From: Azolla caroliniana
Lineage: Eukaryota > Plantae > Polypodiophyta
Assembly (NCBI GenBank): GCA_043228905.1
Contig: JBHGNT010000014.1
Coordinates: 14,756,001 to 14,820,000, forward strand
Reading direction: 5' to 3'
Length of the DNA stretch: 64,000 nt
The notes under the pieces are model-generated. The model was not told the origin of the DNA. It made no database searches and saw only the letters and a list, made by a program, of their open reading frames with translations. Positions 10,530-23,545 of this stretch are shown piece by piece (position 1 is the stretch's first letter; each line of letters opens with the position of its first letter). The position numbers and the translations under genes are program-made.

Positions 10530-12118
10530 TAACATAAGGTCATGGTTTCGAGTCTTGCCATAACATGACAACAAGCTTAAGTCGGTTTCAACTTTGAGGC
10601 CCATTGCAAACATGGTTGATTTTACCTCGTTCGATTCAAGGATAAACATGCGGCCTTCATGAAAACTGTGAGCTACGACTCGATCGCCTCTTTCGATAAA
10701 ACACCCATCATTGTTGAATCGTTCTTGCATTCCTTGTTCAACAATCTGACCAACCGAGATTAGGTTTTTCATGATGGTAGGAACATGCAGTACGTTCTTG
10801 AGGTAGGTTTGTTTGCCATCGTTTCCAAATGGGACGTTCCTAATATGTTGTATTGGATGAGTCGTGTCATCGCTTGTCTCGACATGTATGGGACGTTCGG
10901 GTTTTCGTAATTCTCAAAACCAATCTTCATGAGACGTCATGTGGTTGGATGCTCCCGTGTCAACAAACCATATATTCTATGAGGGCATGGTGCTTGTTTC
11001 ACCTTGTGTTGCCATTGAGTGCGCTTTGTGCATCATCATGAACATTCTGCTATGATCGTTATAGTCGGAATTCGATGCGTAGTTCATGAGTTGTCGGCTC
11101 ATTGGAGTCGACACTCCTCTTCATCGTGACTGAGTTTTCCACAGTATCCGCATTTGATTGGGTTATTACGATTGCTTGGGTCGACGTGATGACTCCCCCT
11201 TCTGTCGAACTCTCTGGGATTGTTCTTGTCTGCTTGCCATTGGTGGGAGTTACGCTCTTGGGTTTGCCGACCGTGACGGCCTTGTTCGAATCGACCTCTA
11301 TTTCCACGGCCAAAATTTCTTCTATAATCCGACTAGGAGTAGAGCATTTGACTCTCTGGTGCATTGCTACTTTGTCGGGTGTGATTTTCCTCGACCATCA
11401 ATATTGACTGGAGATCGAAAAAGGTGGGAGGATTCTCACTCGTGAGAACGGTGGACCTTATTGCAATGAATCGAGGTGCCAAGAATCTAAGGCATATCTG
11501 CACCATTTCTTCATCATCATGCCAACATTGATCGACACGAGAGCATCGCACAGCTCCTTGAACTTCAAGGTGTAGGTGTTGATTGACATGTCCCTTTGTT
11601 GAATATTGTTTAGCTTCTGACGAAGTTGAAGCTTACGGGCAGCCGTATTAATCGCGAAGATCTTCTTGAGATTACTCCAAGCTTCTTTCGTCGTTTTTGT
11701 CTCTCGAATATAGCCGAGCATGTGATCATGTACGCATGATGCAAGGCAATACAACACACGGCTTGCAGCCTGCTCCCACGCTGGGTAGTTGGCGTGTGTC
11801 AGGTTGGGTTGTGTTTCATGAACTCCTTCAATATAGATCCAGTATCCTTGTCCGACAAGGTACTGATGCATCTTGTACTCCCAAGATGCGAAGTTTGTCC
11901 TGTCGAGCTTCGCCGTAGGAAGAGCGCTTCCCATCTGAGTATTCATAATGAATTCTTCTCCGTTTCTTTGGTTTGTGCGAATGTTGTGCAGTGATTAGCC
12001 GGATCTTCGTGAACGCAAACTTAAAACACACCACCCGTAGGGCAACGGGCTTGGATCAAGCTACCACGCGCTCTGATACCATGTAAAGAAAGGAGAGTGA
12101 TTGTATGTTGCGTAAGGA

Positions 12119-12170
<52 letters not shown>

Positions 12171-12385
12171 AACAGAGACAAAGAGAGAGATAGCTCTTAA
12201 CCAAGAAAACTATATATCATCATCCAACAAAATACGTCCAACACTTAACAAAATTACAAAAGGTTGGTTTAAATACCAACTAAACTAGGGCAAAGGACCT
12301 TTCTACTATTTACAAAACTAGCCTGGTATGTCCATGAGCTAGTATGAAACCTATTTCTATAGGAAGTTGAGTTCGATTCTCAACA
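10530..12385 (-). mobile_element. Ty1/copia element B, 3'-truncated (LTR, PBS, gag, protease); same family as copia C
   Basis: LTR 12082-12385 (tgtaaag..gattctcaaca), PBS 12070-12081, gag KLDRTNFASWEYKMHQYL, protease/pre-IN MKNLISVGQIVEQG. Confidence 0.9.
12121..12169. repeat. (GT)n microsatellite in the copia B LTR
   Basis: Direct reading. Confidence 0.95.
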
Positions 12386-14990
12386 AATACATACAACGCA
12401 AACTAGCTTCCTAGAAAACCGCAACATTGTTGACAATGTGGTAACTTTCTGGGAGTATTCAGCATGGGTGGAGGAGCAAGGAGTGGACCTAGTAGTAATT
12501 TAACTTGACTTCGAAAAGTATATGATAGGATCTCATGGGAATTCCTAGAAGCAATGATGGATGCCCTAGGCTTCGAGTAACAATGGATCCTTGGATTGGT
12601 TGCCTTTTACATGGATGCTTCCAGCCAGGTTTTAATGGCTGGAAGCTTGGGGAAGAGCTTTAGGATGACACGATCGGTATGCCTAGGATGCCCATTGGCC
12701 CCGTACCTATTCATTATTGTTGCAGAAGCTTTGCATTATCAGATTGTGATAGATATTGGCAAATACAAGGCCTTCCCTTACCCGAGGATGCAAGACTGAT
12801 GCTTGATACAAAATATGTTGATGATACAACAACCTACGTTAAGGGGGTTGCAAACAACTTGGACAGACTGCAAAGTGCAATAAATGAGTTTTGTAGGGTA
12901 CTAAAATAAACTAGAATAAATAAATGGGCATTTGGATTAGCAATAAGCCTATGGTAAATTGGGCTCCAGACCCTAATTTCCTATGGTTGAGGAGAGGAGA
13001 AGCTACTAGATACTTGGGTTTCAAAATCGGGATGGACATTGATCGCACGGAACACTACAATCTACTTGTGGACAAAATAAAAGCGAAGCTAATATAGTGG
13101 AATGCAAGAAAACTATCCTTTGCAACCAACTTTGTGATTGCAAATTAGGTGCTAATGGCCACAATATGGCATATTGCAGCATGTTGGATAATCGCACCCA
13201 ACTCGATGAAAGTGATAAAAAGGCTGATTAGAAATTTCTTATGGGGGGGCACAGAGGAAAAACATGCTCGTGCAAAGGTTGCATGGACCACACTCATAAA
13301 AGATAAAAGTGAAGGTGGGGTGGGACTAATAGATCCTGTGGTGCAAACGAAGGCATTGCTAGGCAAATTGGTGGTCAAGAGATTGCAACCACCTGAGACA
13401 CCTTGGAAAATTCTCTGGTGACGCTGATGGAAGATGTGGTTGCCAAGACAAGGTGGAAGTTGGCCAAGTAGTGCTTTTTGGGGGTTTGTGCCAGAAATGC
13501 AACCCAAATACTGGGGATGTACACATAGTATATGTGCTATTGGAATTATGGAGGCATGGCAAGGAATAAGAAAGGGAATCGTTTGTAAGTGGAGAAATGA
13601 TGCATATGCCCGAATGTACATGCCTATTGTTTGGAACCCGCTAATTAAAGATGTGGATAGGCTGATGATAGGACAAAAAGCAGGCTTCAAATGGGCCAAT
13701 TTAATCAATGCCCAAGGGAATAATTGGCAGATTGGAAGAGATTTCTATGTAATGATGTGGGCACTCAAAAGGCTAGAATATGGAGGATAGACAGGGGTAA
13801 ATGCATGCTAATGAGGATTACAGATACCATTGGACACAACAGGAAAATCTTGGAAGATGAAGCCATAAGTCCCTCTGAAATTGAATGGACAGGACTTATC
13901 GATGCTGAAAATTATCTAATTGGAATTAAGGGAGTGAAAGCAAGATCTAATGTTGCATGCTACTACAAAATAGAGCATAGAATGGTAATATGTGAGCAAC
14001 CAGCCTATCAAACTGAAAGGCCGATTAGGTTGCTCACAAAAAATGGAAAGGATATTATAGTTGACCCCAACCCGAGTGAGCTCAAACCAACGACAGTGTA
14101 TTCGCCGATAGAAGGGCATTCAAATCAGCTATTATGGGACCCAACGATGTATTTCTGGAGAACTCGAGGACAAATTGATGGTGCCAAGTTGGTTCAATTT
14201 TTCTGGTACAACACGAAAATCGGGAGGCAAATTATACTAAAACAATAACACAAAGATATTGTAGCTCGTAAATTTTGGATACAAGAGGGCATTAGTGAAA
14301 GGAGATTAGCTAAATTCTAGAAAAAGATATGGCATGATAGTGGGGACCGCAAGATAATGATGTGCTTATGGCTTATTGTGCATAGAGCCTTGCCACTAGC
14401 GGCGTGGGCTAAAGGCCCCAATGTAGATCCTAGATGTAGTGCATGTGGACAGCTAGAAAGCATTTCCCATTGTCTATGGGAATGTTATGAGGCAACGGTT
14501 GTATGGAGAAGGGCATTGCGATTGCTCATTTACCCTCAAATGGGGACATGCTTGTTGGAACTGTCTTGATGAGGATGTGGAGAAATTTGATAGCACATGC
14601 AAAATAATGTACAGAGGGCAAAATGGAACTATTCGATTGATCACTGATAACAGTGCACCTACAAGTAATGCCTAGAAGCAAAAAATTGGAGATCTATGGA
14701 TGTTGCTTGCACCCATTATCATATGGAACATCTGGACCGCAAGATGTACCAAGGTGTTTTCAGCAAAAAAACGGCCTCCAGGAGAATTTATTAAGCTAAT
14801 ATGGCACACATTAATACCTACATTGAGGGCCCAATATGAGCAAATTGATGGAACAGATGATGCTTCAGAATTAATGAGGCTGAATTTCAGAAAACGATGG
14901 TGTACTACACCGATAGCTGTAGAAATTGGAGTGGATATACAGTGGCAATATGTAGTACCGAGATGGTTGTTCCCCCCTCCCATTAGATGA
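12386..14990 (+). mobile_element. L1-type LINE ORF2 remnant (RT plus zf-RVT), multiply disrupted
   Basis: QTSF..NRNIVDN, LDFEK.YDRISW, LGCPLAPYLF, YVDD, RNFLWGG..KVAW..EGGVGL, LWLIVHRALP..C..C..ESISHCLWEC, IWNIWTARC. Confidence 0.9.
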
Positions 14991-15722
14991 TAGAGGGGTG
15001 TGAATGACATGAGAAACATGGAGAACAAACATGTGGGCTATTGAGTGTAACATAAATAAGTGAGGTAGCCCATATGGAAGTAGATAATGACTAAAGTTGT
15101 GTATTGTATGTCACTTTAACTAATGGAGTATATTCTTATTTGGAGAAAATCGGCAAGAAATGGCACATGAAGACGAGCAATCTTGTAATCGAGTTGCCAA
15201 CACTTAACATGGCTTTGGTAGAAGTATACCAAGAGCTAGAGAAAATTATGCAAGCAACCAAAGATATGGCGTATAATACCAAAAATGCACGAAAAGGGGC
15301 TGAACTAGCGATACAGCAATGGAGACAATCAATATCACAAGTTGAAGACTTAGAATGCCAACTTTGAGAGGCCAACGAAAAGCTCCTAGACCCACCCCTC
15401 GCCATCACGGCACTACCCCTCCCCAACAACCTCTCGAAAGAACTAGAGACACAAACGGTGAAACTCCGGCATGAGCTCTGGCAAGCACATGAAAGGGAGG
15501 TTACCCTCCAAACAGCGTTGGCGCATATATCCGAGGTTTGCGGGTTGGTTCGAGCGGGACCATTGGGGTCTCGGACCAAGGAGATTAAGAATGAGTAGCG
15601 ACTGAGGTTAGCAGCGATCGATCTCGACTGGTTACCAGAAGCCGAATACCAAGCACATGAGCTTGTAGAGTTGTATTTGTTCTGGTTCGGTCGCCTGTCT
15701 CCGGAAGATGAGCACACGGGCT

Positions 15723-16200
15723 TGTAGACACAAAGCGATAAGCACTAAAGAAAGGAGGGAAGGACGGAGCCTTCCGGACACAAATGCAAAGAATCAATCA
15801 CTAATACAAAAGGGTGGAACAACAAAAAGAACACACCAGATACAGTAATGTTAAGAAATCGATTAACACTGAGAAGATTACAAGGTTGGTCCTAGGCCAG
15901 GAACAGAACTTCAAGATCAGCAACACTCACACACAAGTGAGCCTCTGGTCGGGAGCACACGGGCTACCTACACGAGTAGAGACCTCACTCCACTTAACTG
16001 AACGAGAAGAACTAAACCCTAAAGCGCTCGATATCCTAATCCGGCAACACCTCCCCCTCCAAAATGACTGATCCCTTTTACAATCTCTCTCCCCCCTTTT
16101 ATAGCTCAAGGAGGGTTCGTTACATCAGTGGTTATGACAGTTGCTTCTGTTAGAGATCCCTTCCCCCATGATTTCCTCCCGTCGCTCACTATCATTCCTC
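15723..16200 (-). repeat. LTR-like fragment of an unrelated element; boundaries uncertain
   Basis: Minus strand CTATAAAAGGGGGAGAGAGATTGTAAAAGG, typical of an LTR TATA/R region; abrupt junction to copia RT at ~16200. Confidence 0.4.
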
Positions 16201-17909
16201 TGGGTCGGCTCACACTCTTCTGTGCCGGAGTTGGCATCCAATTTAAGGTTTCGATCAAGAGGGGTTGCCACAAATTTACACTGAGTCATCTTGAACTTGT
16301 ATAACAAGTTGAGGATGTAGTGCCATTGGGAGATCATAATGCCGGCCGGAGTCCGAATTACCTCGATGCCTAGGAAGTAATGAAGCTCCCTCATGTCCGT
16401 CATCTCGAATTTGTTGGAGAGGAGGGACTTCACCTTGTTGATGTCGACTAAATGCTCACCTCCAATAACCAGATCATGCACGTAGAGGATGATGACAATT
16501 AGGCTTCTAGAGTTGTCACGTACATAGAGGGAGTTGTCGGATTTTGACATTCGAAATCCGATTTGATGAAGATATTGCGTAATCTCGAATGCCAAGCACG
16601 CGGTGCTTGCTTGAGGCCGTAGAGTGGCTTCTTGAGTCGGCACACGACATTCAGATGAATGCGCGATTCGAAGCTTGGAGGTTGTACCATGTACACCTCC
16701 TCTTCTAATTCACCTTGGAGGAAAGCGTTCTTGACGTCCATCTGGTGGAGGTGCCACCCTTTTGCCACTGCGAGTACAATTATGGTCCACACCGTCATCA
16801 TCTTTGCCACGGGGGCAAATGTCTCTTCATAGTCGACTCCATGTGTCTCAGCGTATCCTTTCGCTACGAGTCGAGCTTTGTAACAGTTTACGGAGCCGTC
16901 GGCATTATACTTCACCTTGTAGATCCATCTGCAACCAATTGCCTACCTTCTTGTGTGGTCAGTGGGGAACGAGATCCCATGTCTCGTTCTTGGAGAGTGC
17001 TTGCATCTCCTCATTCATCGCTTCAACCCATTTGGGATCCGTTGCGGCTTCAGAAAATGTTTCCGGCTCCCGTATTGTCGCTACCTTCATCATAAAAGCG
17101 TAGTGGTATGCCATTATTATAATCGTTGTAGCCGAATCGGCTTACGGGGTTCTTTTCACGAGTGGATCGGCAGAGCTTCTTGTTTGCGGATACTATAGCT
17201 TTCTCCGCTCCATTTGTCCGGATCTCAAGGCCTTCGAACTCACTATCGAGGGAGTGAGTCAATTCATTGTCGTCGAAGTGATCGTCTTCATACTCTGGCA
17301 TTTGCGCCTTGCCTTTGTCCACCTTCGAACTCAGTCGAGATGTGCTTTGATCGCTCAGAGGCTCTTGTGGTCCACTAAGCCTTGTCGTAATTGGGCTTTC
17401 TTAGAACATGCACGTGAGTCAATCTTCGGCTTCTATCTCTATTTCGGCAGAATCTAGGTCGAGCGGAATTGAAGTCGAAGTTGTCTCTGGTGCATATCAA
17501 GATGCGGACTAGTCTAAAACGACATCTCGACTTACTCGAGATTTTCAAGTTGAGGGGTTATAGCACTTGTACCCCTTTTGCTCCAGTGAGTATCCTACGA
17601 GGAAACATTTCTCCGACTTCAGGTTGAGTTTTTTATGCTTTTCGTTCGGGATGTGCACATATGCAATGGAGCCGAATATCCAAACATGTGATAGATCCAG
17701 CTTCTTTCCAAAAAACTTCTCGTGCAGCGTTAGTTCATGCACGTTGTCGTGAAGATTTTCAGCAACAGTGTGAAAATCACGTGGAACGAGGAAAATTGAG
17801 AAGGTGTAATATGCACATGTATGGAAGGGGTGATGGTTAATGTGCACGTGTGATATGTGTTTAGGTGATCATTACACATATATATATAATAACCCTAACG
17901 CATACAATG

Positions 17910-17980
17910 AGGTGCAAGTAAAGGTTTTGAACCTTACACCTCCAAGATAGGAGGCAATAAACATACCATTAGACTACGTT
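17910..17980 (-). other. tRNA-like A/B-box cassette in the D 5' LTR (second copy ~21104-21174)
   Basis: Minus strand TAGTCTAATGG (17976-17966) ... GGTTCAAAACC (17933-17923) with aagg/cctt T-stem. Confidence 0.65.
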
Positions 17981-18568
17981 GTTTCATTCGAAAATTAATT
18001 TTGTTCATTATACATTTCACACAAAATTATTTGTACATGAGAGCTTAGATAAGGTACATGGTCATCATGCATCACATGTGATGCATGAGCGCCAAATGGC
18101 GATCATGCATCGCATGCATCTCATGCATTGTATGTATGTACTACACCCTCACATGCACATATGCATGGGGGCATCTATATAAGAAGGAGAGAAAGAGAAA
18201 GAAAAGGGGGACAATGTATACAATCAACAATAATTAATAGGTTCTAGTTATCTCGTTGGCAAGGTGTCTTCTATCTCAATTTTGAAGTTAAAGGTTCAAA
18301 CCAGGAATAGGAATTCCTACCTGTATCTATCTATCAATTTATCTTTAATACTTCTCGCTTGCGCTAGTCCTTCCGTCGTTTCGTTGCTTGCGCTAGTCCT
18401 TCCGAGGTTCCGTTATCTTGAACGATCCCATCATCAATCCTCCATAACCACTAGCGGATAAGAGGCCTGGTGCTTGTCCGCGCTTGTGACGCGCACATCA
18501 CGACGTTTGGCACATGTGTCATGCGCCACACGATATCTATTTGGTGAACCCGACGCAAAAAACACAAG

Positions 18569-20578
18569 GTGGTAATGGAGGCATCACGAATGATGGATGC
18601 AGTCTTGGATGGTTATGACTTAGAAGAGTCTATAAGAATAGAAGGTGGGCCGAGACTGATAATGCTTCCATTTATAAGGAAGTCCATTGAAATGATGTTG
18701 CAGGATGATAAGGATAGAGAGATGGATTATGTCAAGTTGGCAAGGCAAGCCGAAAGATTATATCAAGAAGTTCCGGATTGGTATGAAGCAGTTATGACAT
18801 CCAAATTCGGACCTCAACCTTTTCATGGGCTTCTCAACAATGATGAAGATGAAGATGATCGAGATATTCGTGATTATTGTCATGACGAGACATTGAACGA
18901 AGAATGTGGGCTTGTAAGAAAAGATCAAGATATTCAAGGATGCGGTTGTGAAGAGAGACGCGACGAAGAACATGGGCTTGACAAGAGACATGGATATGTT
19001 CACAGTGATCGTGAAGAGGCATTCAATGAAGAAGAAGGTTTCGAAGAGAGAGATCGACATTGACATGCCTATGGTCGTTACGAGGATCATTGCAAACTCG
19101 ACAAAGGAGAAACATGTGACAAAGAACGTGATCTTGAAGGGAGAGATTATGATTGTCATCATGAAGATCATTGCAAACGCAAGAGAAGAGAGATATGCAC
19201 GGAAGAAGGATGTGATCACGAAGAGACATGGAACGAAGAACATACATTCGAGGGGAAAGACCAAGATACTCAAGGATGCAGTCGTGAAGAGACATGTGAT
19301 GAAGAACATGGGTTCAAGGGGAAAGACCAAGATACTCGAGGATGCAATCGTGAAGAGACATCAGACAAAGAACGTGGGCTTGAAGAGAAAGATCAAGATC
19401 TACACAATTATGACAAAGACAAAGATCATTACAAACTCACAAAGAGTGCTCGAGATCTACAAAGTTATGATCGTGACAAAGATTACTATAAACACAAGAG
19501 GAGAAATCAATGTCGAGCTCTTCATGGTTGTGCTAATCAAAAAGCACTCGACAGAAGCCATGATGGTGAGAAAGGTTGGGATCGAAACTCTCATGGTTAA
19601 AATTTTGATGACAAGTATGATAGGTTTAATAAGAGCCACAAACAAGAGAAGGAGTTAGAAAAAGATGAAAACTTTACATTTAAATGTGATGACGGTGATG
19701 ATAGAAATGAAACACACGATTTAGGGCTTGACGATAGTAAGGGAGAATGCATTATTGATGGTGAGAGTGAGTGCCATGAGGTTTATAATGATAGAAAGTT
19801 GTGCACTTTCTGTGGATATGGTTATGATAGGGGTAATGATGAGGGTGAGAGTGACGAAGAGAAATCATGTGTTTTAGGTTGCCTTGGTTTTCTTCATGAT
19901 AGATTTTATAAGAGTTTCACTAGATCAAATGGTGACATTCATGAGGATATCCATTATGAAAATAGAATAGGTACTTGTGATGATGAGGATGTCCTGCAAA
20001 AATATGTCCATCTGGATGTGGAGTTACATAATCATCACACGGGCATAAGCAAGGAAAATCTAGGAAATCTTATCTGGGATGTGTATAATGATGATGTTGA
20101 TGTTGTGAGCATGTGTGGGAAGGATGGGATTAAGGTTGATAATATTGAGGATAATCTAGAAAATGCTATGATGGTTTGGGATATGTATAACAATAACGTT
20201 GGTGTTCTGAGTGTGTTTGGGAAGGATAATTTTAGGGTAGATGATATTGAATATGATGCTTATCTTGTAAAAATATATTCGGTGATCAAAGATGTCGTTA
20301 ACTCAAAGGATTATTATAATGATGATGTAAGTATAACTAACATTGAGGTTGTTATCGAAGAAGATGAGGTTGTGGTAAAATGGATGGTTATTACTTGTAA
20401 AGAAGAAAGGAAAGAAGTGATTATAAAGACAACACACAGGAAGGAAGGAAAAGATGCATCAAGATGGTGGGATGTTCAACTAAACAGAGGAGGTTGTATT
20501 GCCAACATTTCTATCTCCCATCTCAAAGAAAAGGATTGGCTAATTAGAAGAAGCACCCGGTTTTTAGATTCGTTTTAA
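18569..20578 (+). pseudogene. degraded acidic, His/Cys-rich repetitive ORF of unknown function inside element D
   Basis: ORF 18569-19063 continues past a stop with ~20-aa repeats (EEHGFKGKDQDTRGCNREET); ORF 19799-20578 is D/N-rich. Confidence 0.55.
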
Positions 20579-20599
20579 GAAGACACATCGTCAACACCC

Positions 20600-20790
20600 C
20601 AAGAAGATCGAAGAAGAAGGTTGCGTATTGGTCTGCAACAATAGCTTTGACAACCAACATAAAACGACAAGAAAGTTTGCAAGAAGGTGGTTTGGATCAT
20701 ATATAGAGCTAGACGGATCAAGGCTAGCCATACCGATTGCGGGAAAAAGACTAAAGATCTTCAAGAAAAGACAAGGTGAGGGTCCCGAAC
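20600..20790 (+). pseudogene. remnant of a gypsy integrase C-terminus
   Basis: RKFARRWFGSY/ELDGSRLAIPIAGKRLKIFKKR resembles the GPY/F region. Confidence 0.6.
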
Positions 20791-23475
20791 TCGATGATCT
20801 CAACAATGAAGATAGTAAGGCGAAACCCACAAACGTGATCAAGGTCAACGAGGACGTGGAGGAATCTCACACCGTAGCCGAAATCTCACATTCTCTTCTT
20901 GGCACGTACCAGAGGATGTGCGGTTTGGTGGAGGTGGATGTCGTGAAGATTTTCAGCAACGGTGTGAAAATCATGTGGAACGAGGAAAATCGAGAAGGTG
21001 CAATATGCACATGTATGGAAGGGGTGATGGTTAATGTGCACGTGTGATGTGTGTTTAGGTGATCATTACACATATATATATAATAACCCTAACGCATACA
21101 ATGAGGTGCAAGTAAAGGTTTTGAACCTTACACCTACAAGATAAAAGGCAATAGACATACCATTAGACTACGTTGTTTCATTTGAAAGTTAATTTTGTTC
21201 ATTGTACATTTCACACAAAATTATTTGTACATGAGAGCTTAGATAAGGTACATGTTCATCATGCATCACATGTGATGCATGAGCGCCAAATGGCGATCAT
21301 GCATCGCATGCATCTCATGCATTGTATGTATGTACTACACCCTCACATGCACATATGCATGGGGGCATCTATATAAGAAGGAGAGAAAGAGAAAGAAAAG
21401 GGGGACAATGTATACAATCAACAATAATTAATAGGTTCTAGTTATCTCCTTGGTAAGGTGTCTTCTATCTCAATTTTGAAGTTAAAGGTTCAAACCGAGA
21501 ATAGGAATTCCTACTTGTATCTATCTATCAATTTATCTTTAATACTTCTCGCTTGCACTAGTCCTTCCGTCGTTTCGTTGCTTGCGCTAGTCCTTCCGCG
21601 GTTCCGTTATCTTGAACGATCCCATCATCAATCCTCCATAACCACTAGCAGATAGAGGCCCGGTGCTTGTCCGGGCTTGTGACGCATACATCACAACGTT
21701 TGGCACGTGTGTCATGCGCCACACGACAACGCCAGATGTCGTACACCAATTCATGAGATAGATGGTCGTGTTAGCTGCTTCTACCCAATACGATTTCAAC
21801 ATATGCTTTTCGTTAAGCATAGCCCGTGCCACTTCAAGGATGTGTTGATTCTTGCGTCCGGCTACTCCATTCTGTTGTGGCGTATATCGACACGAAACTT
21901 CTCGTTGAATCCCTTCTTTTCGAAGATACGTCGTAAACTCCTCCGAGAAATATTCTTTGCCTTCATCCGATCGAAGGCACTATACGTGTCGATTCGTAGC
22001 TTTTTTGTTTTCGACTCTACTCTTGAATTTTTGGAAGTGTCCGAACACTTCCCTCTTTTGCCACATCGGGTAGATCCAAGTGTGCCTAGAGAAGTCGTCG
22101 ATAAAGGTCACGTAGTATCGGCATCCGCCGAATGTCACCGTTTAAGCCGGTCCCCATACATCAGAATGAATTACATCAAGTACGCCTTTGCTTACATTCC
22201 TCTCCTTCAGAAATGGATGCTGATGTTGCTTGCCGAATTGGCAAGCTGCACATACGCCTTCAATCTCTCTATCTTTGAAGGTCGGGAGTCCGATGAAGAC
22301 TCCTTTCGATTGCATCGCCTTGAGCTTTTGAAGGTTGATATCATCAATCCGCTTGTGCCATAACTCTATGTCAGACTCTACTTTCGTGCCTTTTGCGAAC
22401 ATGGCCGATTTCATCTCATGCGATTCGACAATGAACATCCGGCCCTCTCTTCATCCACGCGCGATGAGTCGACCCTCTTTTTTGATGAAGCAACCGCCTT
22501 GATTAAATCATACTTGCGTCCCTTGCTCAACAATTTGGCCGATGGAGACCAAATTCTTCGTAATGGTTGGTACATGCAAGACATTTTTAATGTAATTTTG
22601 CTTACCTTCTTTTCAGAATGGAACATTGCCAATGTGCCGAATCGGGTGCGTAGTGTCGTCTCCGGTTTCGACATAGCTGGGTCGGTCCGGCTCTCAAAGT
22701 TCTCAGAACCATTCTTGATGCGACGTCATATGGTTCGAGGCACCGGAATCAACGAACCATACGTCTTCCGAACCGGGGGTGCTAGTAGAACTAGAGACGG
22801 ACATAGAATTCGCTCTCTGTCTCATTACGAATAATCCACCGTAGTCTTCGTACTTAGAGTCGGCGGCGTTGTTGTGAAGATTTTCGGCAACGGTGTGAAA
22901 ATTGCGAGGAACATACAAAATGGAGTGGGGTTCTTCACACACAATATGAAACAATAATACTAAAGATACTATTTTAGATTAGTTTAATATCTTGGTACAA
23001 AAAGATGGAGGTCTTCAAGAGCTTTCGAATACACTTTACCACATAAGAAACGGACAAGTAAGTGGCAAGTTATGTGGGTATGAAGTTTGCGAAGAAGAAG
23101 AGAAAAAACAAAACTACGAGATATCCCATATAGACAAGACAAATAAGGATCCTAGAGTATATAAGCAGGGCCAAAATCTATTATTTTGTGTCTATGAGTG
23201 GATCATAGAATGTTTAAGGTGACTTCACCTAAACTAACCGGATGAATGGGTGTGACCTAACTACTTGTAAAGGTTTTGGTCGACCGGCGACCAGACGGAG
23301 ACGGCGAGACAGCAACCGACACCGGGAACGGATGGCGACGGACAGGATCGTATCGGGATTGGATTGAACTGGTCGGGACAGACGGATCTGTCGGTTGATC
23401 GTGGTGCATGGTGTTTTGAAGATTTTCGGTTTAAATAGAAGACCAAAAGCCTAGTAGTATTTTGTGTTTTAGAAG

Positions 23476-23545
23476 GGATGTGAGCAAGGCTTGAACCTTG
23501 CACCTCCAAGTTGAAAGTCAATCAACTTACCACTAAGCCAAGTCA
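23476..23545 (-). other. tRNA-like A/B-box cassette in the E 5' LTR (second copy ~49603-49672)
   Basis: Minus strand TGGCTTAGTGG (23540-23530) with D-stem GCTT/AAGT; GCAAGG-TTCAAG-CCTTGC T-arm (B box from 23497). Confidence 0.7.

Larger units (their letters stand above)
17745..21728 (+). mobile_element. non-autonomous LTR element D (TGTCG group): two ~790-bp LTRs, no RT
   Basis: LTRs 17745-18535 and 20939-21728, PBS TGGTGAACCCGACG 18542-18555, PPT-like tggtggaggtgga before 20939, 4-bp flanks acgt/acgc. Confidence 0.93.

Noticed and set aside
18948-19658. Basic 236-aa ORF
   Set aside because: Probably the shifted frame of the acidic repeat region; no independent support
22418-22834. Apparent novel plus-strand ORF or insertion in copia C
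   Set aside because: Antisense of the copia protease region, colinear with copia B at ~10620-10980
23476-23545. Functional tRNA gene
   Set aside because: No convincing acceptor or anticodon stem; reported only as a tRNA-like promoter cassette
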